Assembly (NCBI GenBank): GCA_964016885.1
Contig: OZ024745.1
Coordinates: 11,346,001 to 11,410,000, forward strand
Length of the DNA: 64,000 nucleotides
From: Eledone cirrhosa
Taxonomy: Eukaryota
Direction: 5' to 3'
Position numbers and translations under genes: made by a program. The notes beneath the pieces were generated by a model. That model was not told the origin of the DNA. It did no database searches and saw only the letters and a program-made list of their open reading frames with translations. Numbering within the stretch: position 1 is the first letter of the stretch; each line of letters opens with the position of its first letter. Below, piece after piece: positions 1 to 12,100 of this stretch.

Positions 1-1200
1 TGTAGTATTAGTAATGGTACAGTGGTGTTGGTGGTAGTATTACTATGGTTACTGTGGTGTTGGTTGTAGTATTAGTAGTGGTTACAGTGGTGTTGGTGGT
101 AGTAGTAGTATGGTTACAGTGGTGTTGGTGGTAGTATTAGTAGTGGTTACAGTGGTGTTGGTTGTAATATTAGTAGTGGTTACAGTGGTGTTGGTGGTAG
201 TACTAGTATGGTTACAGTGGTGTTGGTGGTAGTATTAGTATAGTTACAGTGGTGTTGGTAGTAGTGTTAGTAGTGGTACAGTGTGTTTGTGGTAGTATTA
301 GTATAGTAACAGTGGTGTTTGTGGTAGTATTAGTAGTGGTACAGTGTGTTGGTGGTAGTATTAGTATGGTTACAGTGGTGTTGGTGGTAGTATTAGTAAT
401 GGTACAGTGGTGTTGGTGGTAGTATTAGTATTGTTACAGTGGTGTTGGTGGTAGTATTAGTAGTGGTACAGTGTGTTGGTGGTTGTTTTAGTATGGTAAC
501 AGTGGTGTTGGTGGTAGTATTAGTAGTGGTACAGTGTGTTGGTGGTAGTATTAGTATGGTTACAGTGGTGTTGGTGGTAGTATTAGTAATGGTACAGTGG
601 TGTTGGTGGTAGTATTAGTATGGTTACAGTGGTGTTGGTGGTAGTATTAGTAGTGGTTACAGTGGTGTTGGTGGTACTATTAGTAGTGGTTACAGTGGTG
701 TGGGTGGTAGTATTAGTATAGTTACAGTGGTGTTGGTGGTAGTATTAGTAATGGTACAATGGTGTTGGTGGTAGTATTAATATGGTTACAGTGGTGTTGG
801 TGGTAGTATTAGTAGTGGTACAGTGTGTTGGTGGTAGTATTAGTAGTGGTTACAGTGGTGTTGGTTGTAGTATTAGTAGTGGTTACAGTAGTGTTGGTGG
901 TAGTATTAGTAGTGGTTCAGTGGTGTTGGTGGTAGTATTAGGAGTGGTTACAGTGGTGTTGTTTGTAGTATTAGTAGAGGTTACAGTGGTGTTGTTTGTA
1001 GTATTAGTAGAGGTTACACTGGTGTTGGTGGTAGTATTAGTAGTGGTTACAGTGGTGTTGGTGGTAGTATTAGGAGTGGTTACAGTGGTGTTGGTGGTAG
1101 TATTAGTAGTGGTACAGTGGTGGTGGTAGTATTAGTAGTGGTATAGTGGTGTTGGTGGTAGTATCACCAGTGGTACAGTAGTGTTGGTAGTAGTAGTATT
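1..1200. repeat. Minisatellite, ~29-33 bp unit (GTAGTATTAGTAGTGGTTACAGTGGTGTTGGTG), open at window start
   Basis: Directly visible tandem units; the V/G/S-rich ORF 782-1129 is a by-product. Confidence 0.95.
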
Positions 1201-1904
1201 ACTCAACTTCAATGGAAGGTGCAAATGGTAAAGAACGAGAGAGAATTATATCTTTTACAATGTTTTAGTTATAACTAAGTTGTATTCTTTAATTCTTTTG
1301 CAGGTTTCCATGATAAGATTGCGGCCATGCGAGGGCACAACCTTGAAAAGTGTACATTCTGAATACAACACCCACTGGATTTGAATTGCAATCGAAAACA
1401 TAAAGGACGGTTCGTTCAATCGAAGATGTCCCTCCACTTGCACCAAAGTGTGAAATTAATATATTTTTTTATTTCACCGAATTTACATTAGAACAGATTT
1501 TGTGCATTACAAAAAAAAAAAAATAAATAAATAAATAAATAAATAAAAATAAAAATAAAAATAAAAATAAAAATAAAAATAAAAAGTGAAAAATAAAAGA
1601 AAAAGAATAAGAAAAGAAGAAAAAAAGCAAAAAAAGAAAAAGAAAGAAAGAGGGATAAAAAACAACCCTGCCAAAACCTTCCAATTGTTGCTAAGTAGGG
1701 ACATGAAATATTTTAAGTGTAAAAGATAGTAAAAAGTAAATTAAAACAAATGCAATAAAATACAAGAAATAAAGAAGCCGAAATCTCTAATAACTACACA
1801 TTAAAACTTTCACAGATATCTTGCTATATTTATCTATCTGTCTGAATATATATTACACACACACGCATATATATATGAGTATGTATATATATATATCAAT
1901 ATAT

Positions 1905-1949
<45 letters not shown>

Positions 1950-2019
1950 TTTTTGATATGAAAACGTGTGTCGAAACAAATATTGTTATACTTGTATAAC
2001 AATATATATATATATATAT

Positions 2020-2134
2020 ATAGGAAAAAGTATGACCCCGACGGCAGAGCTCAAGCCGTTTCGACGGCTATTTCTGGACTGAAATAGCCGTCGAAACGGC
2101 TTGAGCTCTGCCGTCGGGTCATACTTTTTCCTAT
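2020..2134. repeat. Near-perfect hairpin, ~54-bp arms with TGGACT loop
   Basis: ATAGGAAAAAGTATGACCCCGACGGC...GCCGTCGGGTCATACTTTTTCCTAT. Confidence 0.9.
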
Positions 2135-2676
2135 TTCCCACTCTACTACCCTAAGTATTGAGTACTCTGGTGCGTTATGGTCCATCTGGTTCCTTACCAC
2201 ATTTCCTTTGTTATATATATATATATATATGGAAAACGAAGAATCAGTGATCCATAGGAATACAATTTATTACGTATTACAATTGTTTCTCCGGCGACAG
2301 CTCGAGGTGCGATCTGTTTGTGGATCGAATGTTTACATATATATATATGTTTATATATATATATATGTTTATATATATGTATATATATGTAAACATATGT
2401 ATATGTATATTTATATGCTTATATATATATTTATATATATATGTATATATATATATATTTATATGTATATGTTTATATATATATTTATATATATTTATAT
2501 ATATAAATATATCTAATGACAGTCGATCGATTTTCGTCAATTTGGACCGAGCAAACTATGTTTCTAATTGCTAATACTATCTATCGGTCGCAAATCCAGG
2601 TAGAAGGAGCAACCTGAAATAAAGTGTCTATATATATATGTGTGTGAGAAAAACCACAAACCCTCCATCACAATCC

Positions 2677-2714
2677 TACTTTTGAAAAGCAGAAGAACTG
2701 CGAAACCGGTAAAA
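2677..2714 (+). ncRNA. Minimal hammerhead-like motif, U3-A8 core variant
   Basis: TTGAAAA-GCAG aagaa CTGC-GAAA-CCGG-TA; stem I weak. Confidence 0.45.
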
Positions 2715-2781
2715 AATATATATTTAAAAAAAAAGACTCTAGTTGCATTTTCGATTTCATCTTTTTGCGTTATATATATTA

Positions 2782-2821
<40 letters not shown>

Positions 2822-3197
2822 TAAAAGTTTACATATATATATACATACATATACATATACGTGTTTTGCAACTGGTCACTTTGTGGCTCAATGAAAAATT
2901 AATAAATTAAACAATCAGAGCTATATATCATAAAACATGTCTATAGAATCACAAGATAAAATATATACTATTTCCTCTCCCAATTAGCATAATTAACTAT
3001 ATAAAAAATCGAATAGACCAGGCTATAAGAATGAGGCTTCTATGAAGAAATCTCCGACAAATAACCGAAACTAGCGCTTCGCGTCGGCCGTAGCGGAATA
3101 TTTAACGAATATTTCGACAGCGTAATCGCCCAGATATAGTCAACTAAACAGAATTAGGTGTAAAATAAACTAGGAGAAAATAGAATACATTTAAATA

Positions 3198-3283
3198 CCT
3201 CTACCATGGTTTCGTCCGTATTTTGAGTTTTCCAATAATTATGTAATAATTATATAAACTCGAGCGCCGGATTCACCAGGAAG
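3198..3283 (-). ncRNA. Degenerate type-I hammerhead with long stem II
   Basis: Minus strand: CTTC-CTGGTGA-[ATCCG..GAGTTT..AAACTC..CGGAC]-GAAA-CCATGG-TA-GAGG; core has A6>G. Confidence 0.55.
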
Positions 3284-3377
3284 CTCGCTCTTATCTAGAC
3301 ACTAAATTTTTCAAAGTGATCGCGCCAAGAATTCATTTCAAAATGGCTTTATCTTGTGATTCCATAGACATGGTTTA

Positions 3378-3464
<87 letters not shown>

Positions 3465-3467
3465 TGA

Positions 3468-3516
3468 GATTCTACAGGACTAGAACTGTTTCATTCTTTA
3501 GAAATCATCAGGAATC
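3468..3516 (-). ncRNA. Type-I hammerhead ribozyme motif
   Basis: Minus strand: GATTC-CTGATGA-tTTCTaaAGAAt-GAA-ACAG ttctagtc CTGT-A-GAATC (GUA site), next to (TA)n. Confidence 0.65.
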
Positions 3517-3596
3517 AGAATATTAAAACTTTTATACTCTGCAATGTATTGAGTACCTTACTTACTGTGGTTACCTCCGATTCAACCCGGAATAAC

Positions 3597-4384
<788 letters not shown>

Positions 4385-4456
4385 TTATTAACTCATATAG
4401 ATACCCTGCAATTAACAAGCTCAAAGTATAAATACTGAGCATTATAATATTAATAA

Positions 4457-4646
4457 GGGAGGTGGATTGGCAGTATCGGTAGAGGGTCGGACGCCATGCT
4501 TTGACGCATAGAGTTACGGCCCTTATCATTTTGAGTTCAAATCCCGCCGAGGTTAACTTTGCCTTTCATCCTTACGGGGTCGATAAAATAAAGTACCAGT
4601 AATGTACTGGTAATTGCTGGCCTTGTGTCTAAAGTAGAAACAATTA
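4457..4646 (+). mobile_element. tRNA-derived SINE with Meta-like central domain
   Basis: A-box-like TGGCAGTATCGG, B box GAGTTCAAATCC, core GCCTTTCATCCTTACGGGGTCGATAAAATAAAGTACCAG; many copies in window. Confidence 0.85.
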
Positions 4647-5004
4647 TAATATTAATATGTATACGCACAGAAAATCAAGTCATTTGAACATAAGAACTTG
4701 CGAATATTGACGCAAGTTGTGTTCAAATGAATCACTGACTTGATTTTCTCATTTTTTCATCTCTTTACGTTGCCTCACCACTCGTCTTTCTTTACCTGCC
4801 TCTCTTTCTCCACCCAATTCTTTTTATCCCAATAACTTATTTTAGTTATTGTTCGCGCTAGCCTGAGGTATCTGGTCTTTAATGCGAAGAAATACCTATG
4901 ATGGCTAGTAGACCACTGATGATGGATAGTCCTGGCTTCTATTTCTAATTCTTTATTTTAATTTGTATATCACATTGCAACAACACAACACGCCATTTTT
5001 CGTT

Positions 5005-5069
<65 letters not shown>

Positions 5070-6309
5070 CAATTCCCGTTACCACACAAACATATACGCA
5101 TGAAAACTGTATCTAACTTTATATTACATTTCACATTACCTTCCACCAACCTATAGATCGATATATCAATATTTCCCTCAATATAGATGAAGTGGAAAAC
5201 GGAATATTATGATAAATTTATTATTTTATTTTGTTACATTTTAAAAATTTTACTTTGTCTTTTGTTTATTTTCTTTAGTTTTCGCCTGGATTCCCAACCA
5301 AGAGAATATTCCGTATGGAACCATAGCAGGAGACCATTCTAAGACATACAAGGAAAATCTGAAAAGACAAAAGTAGAGGAGGAAATAATAATAAAAAATA
5401 GAGGTAGATGAACAAAGATAAAGAAAGGTGAAAAAAAAAGTCGAATAAGATCGAAAAGAGAAATGGTTGTTTCTAGTATGAAGTCTTTGGTAAAAGAGAA
5501 TATTTCGTATTTGATAGAAATTGAGTAGCGAACCTTGGGTTAGAATTAACGACTTTCTACATAAACCTTCACTATGAAATAGAAGCTTTTTAGAATCCTG
5601 TCGGTAGATATTATCTATTGGTTTATATATATATATATATATATATATTGTGTCTACATACATATATACACATACATGTTTATATATATATGTATCTAAA
5701 AGTTGGTCTGTGCGTATACATATGTATGTATAAATAGTATAGATATATGCAAGAAAACGTTGGTGAGTATGATTTGTATATGGAGTAGAGTAATATATAT
5801 ATAAAGTTAGAGAAAATGGGGGGGGGGGAGAAGAGAGTGGTGAAGGAAAAAAAAAGTAAAAGATTCAGAGTGAATGAGAGAAAAATAAAAGTTGCAGTAA
5901 AAAGCAAAAAAATTAGAAAAGTGAAGAGAACTTTTCTTGCGTCGACACAAACATTTGAAGGAGGAGAAAATGGAGTGCTGTGATGTCTATATTTTTCAAA
6001 AAAGTATTGAAGGGGACTTCAACTAGGACTAAAAAAATGATGGCATCAACTTGCAGATTATCTCAGCTATACGATGACTCACTTATATTTCCAGGATTAA
6101 GTTTATATCTTTTGTTCATTAGTTTTGATTGTACCAAACCTTAGTGCTTACTGCTTTCAATAATAGTTTTGTATTTCTTTATCTATGGTCATACTTATCG
6201 TATTTAAACCGTTTTTTTCTCTATTCTTCTATTCATCATTAAACATACACACACACACACACGCACGCACACACACGCACGCACACACACACGCACGCAC
6301 ACACACACG

Positions 6310-6376
<67 letters not shown>

Positions 6377-6377
6377 G

Positions 6378-6430
<53 letters not shown>

Positions 6431-6491
6431 TATATATCTCTTTTACTTGTTCCAGCCATCCGGCTGAGGCCATGCTGTGGCACCGTCCTTG

Positions 6492-6538
<47 letters not shown>

Positions 6539-6539
<1 letters not shown>

Positions 6540-8950
6540 CATCATCATCATCGTTTTAAGTCCGTTCTTCCACGCTAGCATGGGTTAGACGGGTTGTCCT
6601 GTTGTGGGCAGTGTCCGGTCGGCTGACCTTGTCTTGCTCATAATTTTGGCTTTATTTCTACAGCTGGATGCCCTTCCTAACACAAACCTCATTTACAGTG
6701 AGTGCTGGGTGCTTTTTTCCGTGGCGTCTACACACCCACTTTACAGTTGGGGCTGGGTGCTTTTTTGCCGTGGCACCTCCACGACTACTTTGCAGTGGGA
6801 GGGAGTGGGGGAATATTGTCTATATGCTGCAGCTTCGGCTTGTTCCTGTAGGGGTTCGGGTCTTCTGTATTACTGCGTGACGCCAGAGGTCACGGTCGTG
6901 TGACATTGCTCTTAAGAGGTGCAACTGGGTAAGGCCGACCTTTATCACCTCATCCCAGGTCTTCTTGGGTCTCCCCACTCCGCAACTTCCATTGACTTCT
7001 AGTGTTCTGCACCTTTTTATGCAGCTGTCATCCTTCATACACATGTCACATGTCCATACCAACGTAACCTCCTCTCCTGCACACAGCATTTGATTCCTCT
7101 AATGCTCAGTCTCTCTCTCAATTCGTTTATGCTTTGCCGTTCACGTATATTACTATTACACATCCATCGGAGCATGCAAGCTTTGTTTCTTTCTAATCTA
7201 CGCAAGTCTTCTAGAGACAGCGCCCAGGTCTCACTACCATGTAACATTGCTGTTCGGATACACGCATCATACAGTCTGCCTTTCATTTTGAGGGAAAAGC
7301 CTTTTGCAGCTAGCAGTGGCAGTAGCTCCCTGAACTTCTTCCATCCCATTCTTACTGTAGTTATTGTACTTTCTGAACACCCACCTCCGCTGCTAATTCG
7401 GTCACCTAGGTAGCAGAAGCTGTCTACTGTTTCTACAGAGCCCTCCCAGAGTTTGGTGGTGCCTGTTTCCTGTGGTCGTTTGCTGCTTGCTGTCACAGCG
7501 CAGCTGCTACATCTGAAGCCTACATTCTTAGTTAAACTTCATGAGATCCCACTACATCTCTTGTGTACCCATTGTTTGCATTTGGGGCAGAGGATGGAGT
7601 TCCTGCCTACACCTTTCCTACATACTGAGCAAGGCCATTTCCCTGAGGGAATCTGGGTTCTGTTTTCTCGTCTACTTACAAGAACCTTAGTCTTTGTCAG
7701 GTGACACCTTTCTTTCTAGTCCCTGCTTCCATGTTTGGAATTTCTTCTCTAGTTCCACCATGGATTCAGCTATAAGTGCGAGAGCATCCGCATACAGGAG
7801 TTCCCATGGGCATCCTGTCTTAAACGCTCCCGTTATTGCCTGCAAAACTATAATGAACAGGAGAGGGCTAAGAACAGAGCCCTGGTGGACACCGACCTGT
7901 ATGCTAAATTCCTCGCTATACTCATTGCTAACCCTAACTTTGCTGACTGCTCCCCTATACATGGCTTGTACAGCTTTCACAAGCCATTCATCTACTCCTA
8001 GTTTTCTAAGAGCCCGCCAGATTATAGCACAGGGCACTCTGTCGAAGGCTTTCTCCAGATCGACGAATGCCAGGTAGAGCAGCTTACTTTTAGCTAGGTA
8101 CTTTTCCTGTAACTGCCACACAAGGAAGAGGGCACCAGTGGTGCCTTTTCCTGGTACAAACCCAAATTGCATCTCATCTAGTTTCACCCGGTCCCTAATC
8201 AACTGCTATAACTCTTTCCGTTACTTTCATGACCTGGTCCATCAGCTTTATACCTCTATAGTTTCCTCTATCTAGTGCATCACCTTTACCTTTGTAGCAG
8301 TTGACAATGATGCTGCTGCACCAATCCTTTGGTATGATACCCTCTAGTATTACCTGGTTAACAATTCGTGTGTTTATGGTGTGACCTACAGACCCAGATG
8401 CCTTCAGCATCTCGGCAGCTATACCCGATGGACCGGTTGCCTTCCCCGTCTTCATATCTTTGATTGCCTTACTTACTACGCTGCTGGTGACTTGTACTGC
8501 TGGCCCCTCTATATGGTCCACATGCGGTAGGGTCTCTTTTTCCCATGCATTCTCCTCGTTTAGTAATCTTTCATAATGGCTCTTCCACGCAGCTTTCTTC
8601 TCGGCACTTGTGAGGGCAAGCTCACCTTTATCAATCTGGATACACTTCTCTTCAATGACATCACAATTCTCTCTGACACACTGCCTCGCAATGTTGAACA
8701 CCCCCTGTTTCTGGTCACGTTGCAAAACATGCTTGAATTTTCTATCCTCTGCTTCCCTTCTAGCTAAGTATACTTGTCGCCTAGCTTCCCTCTCGGTCTC
8801 TATGTAATGTACCCTGCTACCCCCGTTCTTCCATTCTTTCCATGCCTGTCTCTTAGTCTTAACTGCCTCATCTACCTTATTGTTCCACCACCAAGTCATT
8901 CTCCTCCTCCCTGTGGACTTGCTCCAACCACAGATCTCGTCGTCGCCTTT
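6539..8950 (-). mobile_element. 5'-truncated, frameshifted RTE-clade LINE (RT pseudogene) with (GAT)n tail
   Basis: ORF pieces 8195-8899, 7687-8202 and 7035-7496 with TWWWN, NYRGIKL, QFGFVPG, VDLEKAFD, QGSVLSPLLF, LYADA (decayed YADD), FCYLG, RRLRWYGHV. Confidence 0.92.
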
Positions 8951-9104
8951 AGTAAGTTATTTTTTAGTAAGTTATTTTTTAGGAACTATATATATATAAA
9001 TACTATGTATAGGTCTGATCTTACTATTCACACACTAATATCACTCATACACATCACTTGGCTTTGCTTGCTTGTGTGTGGCATTGTTTTTACGAGAGAG
9101 CAAG

Positions 9105-12100
9105 AGATGGAGTCACCTTGAGGTCTAGTGATGGGGTCACCTTGAGGTCTAGTGATGGGCTCACCTTGAGGTCTAATGATGGGGTCACGTTGAGGTCTAT
9201 TGATTGGGTCACCTTGAGGTCTAGTGATGGGCTCACCTTGAGGTCTAATGATGGGGTCACGTTGAGGTCTATTGATTGGGTCACCTTGAGGTCTAGTGAT
9301 GGAACCACCTTGAAGTCTATGATGGAACCACCTTGAGGTCTAGTGATGGAACCACCTTGAGGTCTAGTGATGGACTTGAGGTCCAGTGATCGGGTCACCT
9401 TGAGGTCTAGTGATGGACTTGAGGTCCAGTGATGGAGTCACCTTGAGGTCTAGTGATGGAGTCAAATTGAGGTCTAGTGGTGGGGTCACCTTGAGTTCTA
9501 GTGATGGAGTAACCTTGAGGGCAAGAGATGGGGTCACCTTGCTGTCTAGTGATGGGGTCACATTGAGGTCTAGTGAAGGGGTCACCTTGAGGTCTACTGA
9601 TGGGTGTAACATTGAGGTCTAGTGATGGGGTCACATTGAGGTCTAGTGATGAGTTCACATTGAGGTCTAGTGATGGACTCACCTTGAGGTCTATTGATGG
9701 AGTCACCTTGAGGTCTGGTGATAGGGTAAGCTTGAGGGCTAGTGATGGAACCACCTTCAGGTCTAGTGATGGGGTAAACTTGAGGTCTAGTGATGTTGTC
9801 ACCTTGAGGTCTGGTGATGGGGTCACATTGAGGTCTAGTGATGGGGTCGCCTTGAGGTCTAGTGATGGGGTCACCTTGAGGGGTAGTGATGGGGTCACCT
9901 TCAGGTCTAGTGATGGAACCACCTTGAGGCCTAGTGATGGGGTCACCTTGAGGTCTAGTGATGGGATCACCTTGAGGTCTAGTTATGGGAGCACCTTGAG
10001 GTCTAGTGATATGGTCACCTTGAGGTTTAGTGGTGGGGTCACATTGAGGTCTTATGATGGGGTCACCTTGAGGTCTAGTGATGGGGTCACATTGAGGTCT
10101 AATGATGGACTTGATGTCTAGTGATGGGGTCACCTTGAGGTCTAGTGATAGAACCACATTGAGGCCTACTGATGGGGTCACATTGATGGACTTGACGTCT
10201 AGTGATGGGGTCACCTTGCGGTTTAGTGGTGGAGTCACCTTGTCCCTATAGATGGGGTCACCTCGTGGTCTAGTGATGGGGTGACGTTGGGGTGTGGTTA
10301 TGGGGGCACCTTGAGATCTATCGATGGGGTCACCTTGAGGTCTATTGATTGGGTCACCTTGAGGTCTAGTGATGGGGTCACCTTGAGGTCTAGTGATGGG
10401 GTCACCTTGAGGTTTATTGATGGAGTCACATTGAGATTTAGTGATGGGGCCACATTGAGGTCTATTGATGAGGTCTAGTGATGGGGTTACCTTGACGTAT
10501 ATTGATTGGGTCACCTTGAGGTCTAGTGATGGAACCACCTTGAGGTCTACTTATGGACTTGAGGTGTAGTGATAGAGTCACATTGAGGTCTAGTGATGGG
10601 GTCACATTGAGGTCTAGTGATGGAGTCACCTTGAGGTCTAATGATGGGGTTATATTGAGGCCTATTCATGGTGTGACCTTCAGGTCTAGTGATGGGGTCA
10701 CCTTAAGGTCTAGTGATGGGTTCACCTTAAGGTCTACTGATGGGGTCACATTGACGTCTAGTGATGGAGTCACGTTGAGGCCTGCTGATGGGGTCACCTT
10801 GAAGTCTAGTGATGGGGTCTCCTTCAGGTCGAGTGATGGATTCACCTTGAGCTCTAATGATGTGGTCACCTTGAGGTCTAATGATGGTGTCATATTGAGG
10901 TCTTGTGATGCGTTCACCTTGTGGTCTAATGATGGGATCACATTGAGGTCTAGTGATGGACTTGAGGTCTAGTGATTGGGTCACACTGAGGTCTAGTGAT
11001 GGGTTCACCTTCAGGTCTATTGATGGGGTCACATTGAGGTTTAGTGATGGGGTCACTTTGACGCTTAGTGGCGGGCTCACCTTGAGGTCTAGAGATGGGG
11101 TCACCTTGAGGTTTATTGATGTGGTCACATTGAGATCTAATGATGGGACCACATTGAGGTCTAGGGATGGGGGTCACCTTGAGGTCTATTGATGGGGTCA
11201 TCTTGAGGTCTATTGATGGGGTCACCTTAAGGTCTAGTGATGGAACCACCTTGAGGTCTAGTGATGGACTTGAGGTGTAGTGATAGGGTCACATTGAGGT
11301 CTAGTGATGGAGTCACCTTGAGGTCTAATGATGGGGTTATATTGAGGCCTATTGATGGGGTCACCTTGAGGTCTAGTGCTGGGTCACCTTAATGTCTAGT
11401 GATGGGGTCACCTTAAGGGCTACTGATGTGGTCACATTGACGTCTAGTGATGGAGTCACGTTGAGGTTTAGTGGTGGGGGTCACCTTGAGGTCTAGTAAT
11501 GGAGTCACCTTTTGGTCTAGTGAAGGAGTCACCTTGAGGTCTAGTGATGGTGTCACATTGAGGTCTAGTGATGGACTTGTGGTCTAGTGATGGGGTCACC
11601 TTGAGGTCTAGTGATGGGGTCAGCTTGAGGTCTAGTGATGGGATCACCTTGAGGTCTAGTGATGGGGTCACTTTGAGGCCTAGTGATGGGATCACCTTGA
11701 ATTTTGTGATGGGTCACATTGAGGTCTTGTGATGCGTTCACCTTGAGGTCTAGTGATGGGGTCACATTGAGATCTAGTGATGGACTTGAGGTCTAGTGAT
11801 GGGGTCACGTTGAGGTTTAGTGTTGCGGGTCACCTTGAGGCTTAGAGATTGTGTCACCTTGAGTTCTAGTGATGGGGTCACATTGAGGTCTAGTAATGGA
11901 CTTGAGGTCAAGTGATGGGTGTCACTTTGAGGTCTAGTGATGGAAACCCCTTGAGGTCTAGTGATGGGGTCACCTTGGGGTCTAGTTATGGGAGCACCTT
12001 GAGGTCTAGAGATGGGGTCACCTTGAGGTCTATTGATTGGGTCACATTGAAGTCTAGTGATGGGGTCACCTTGAGGTCTAGAGATGGGGTTACATTGAGG

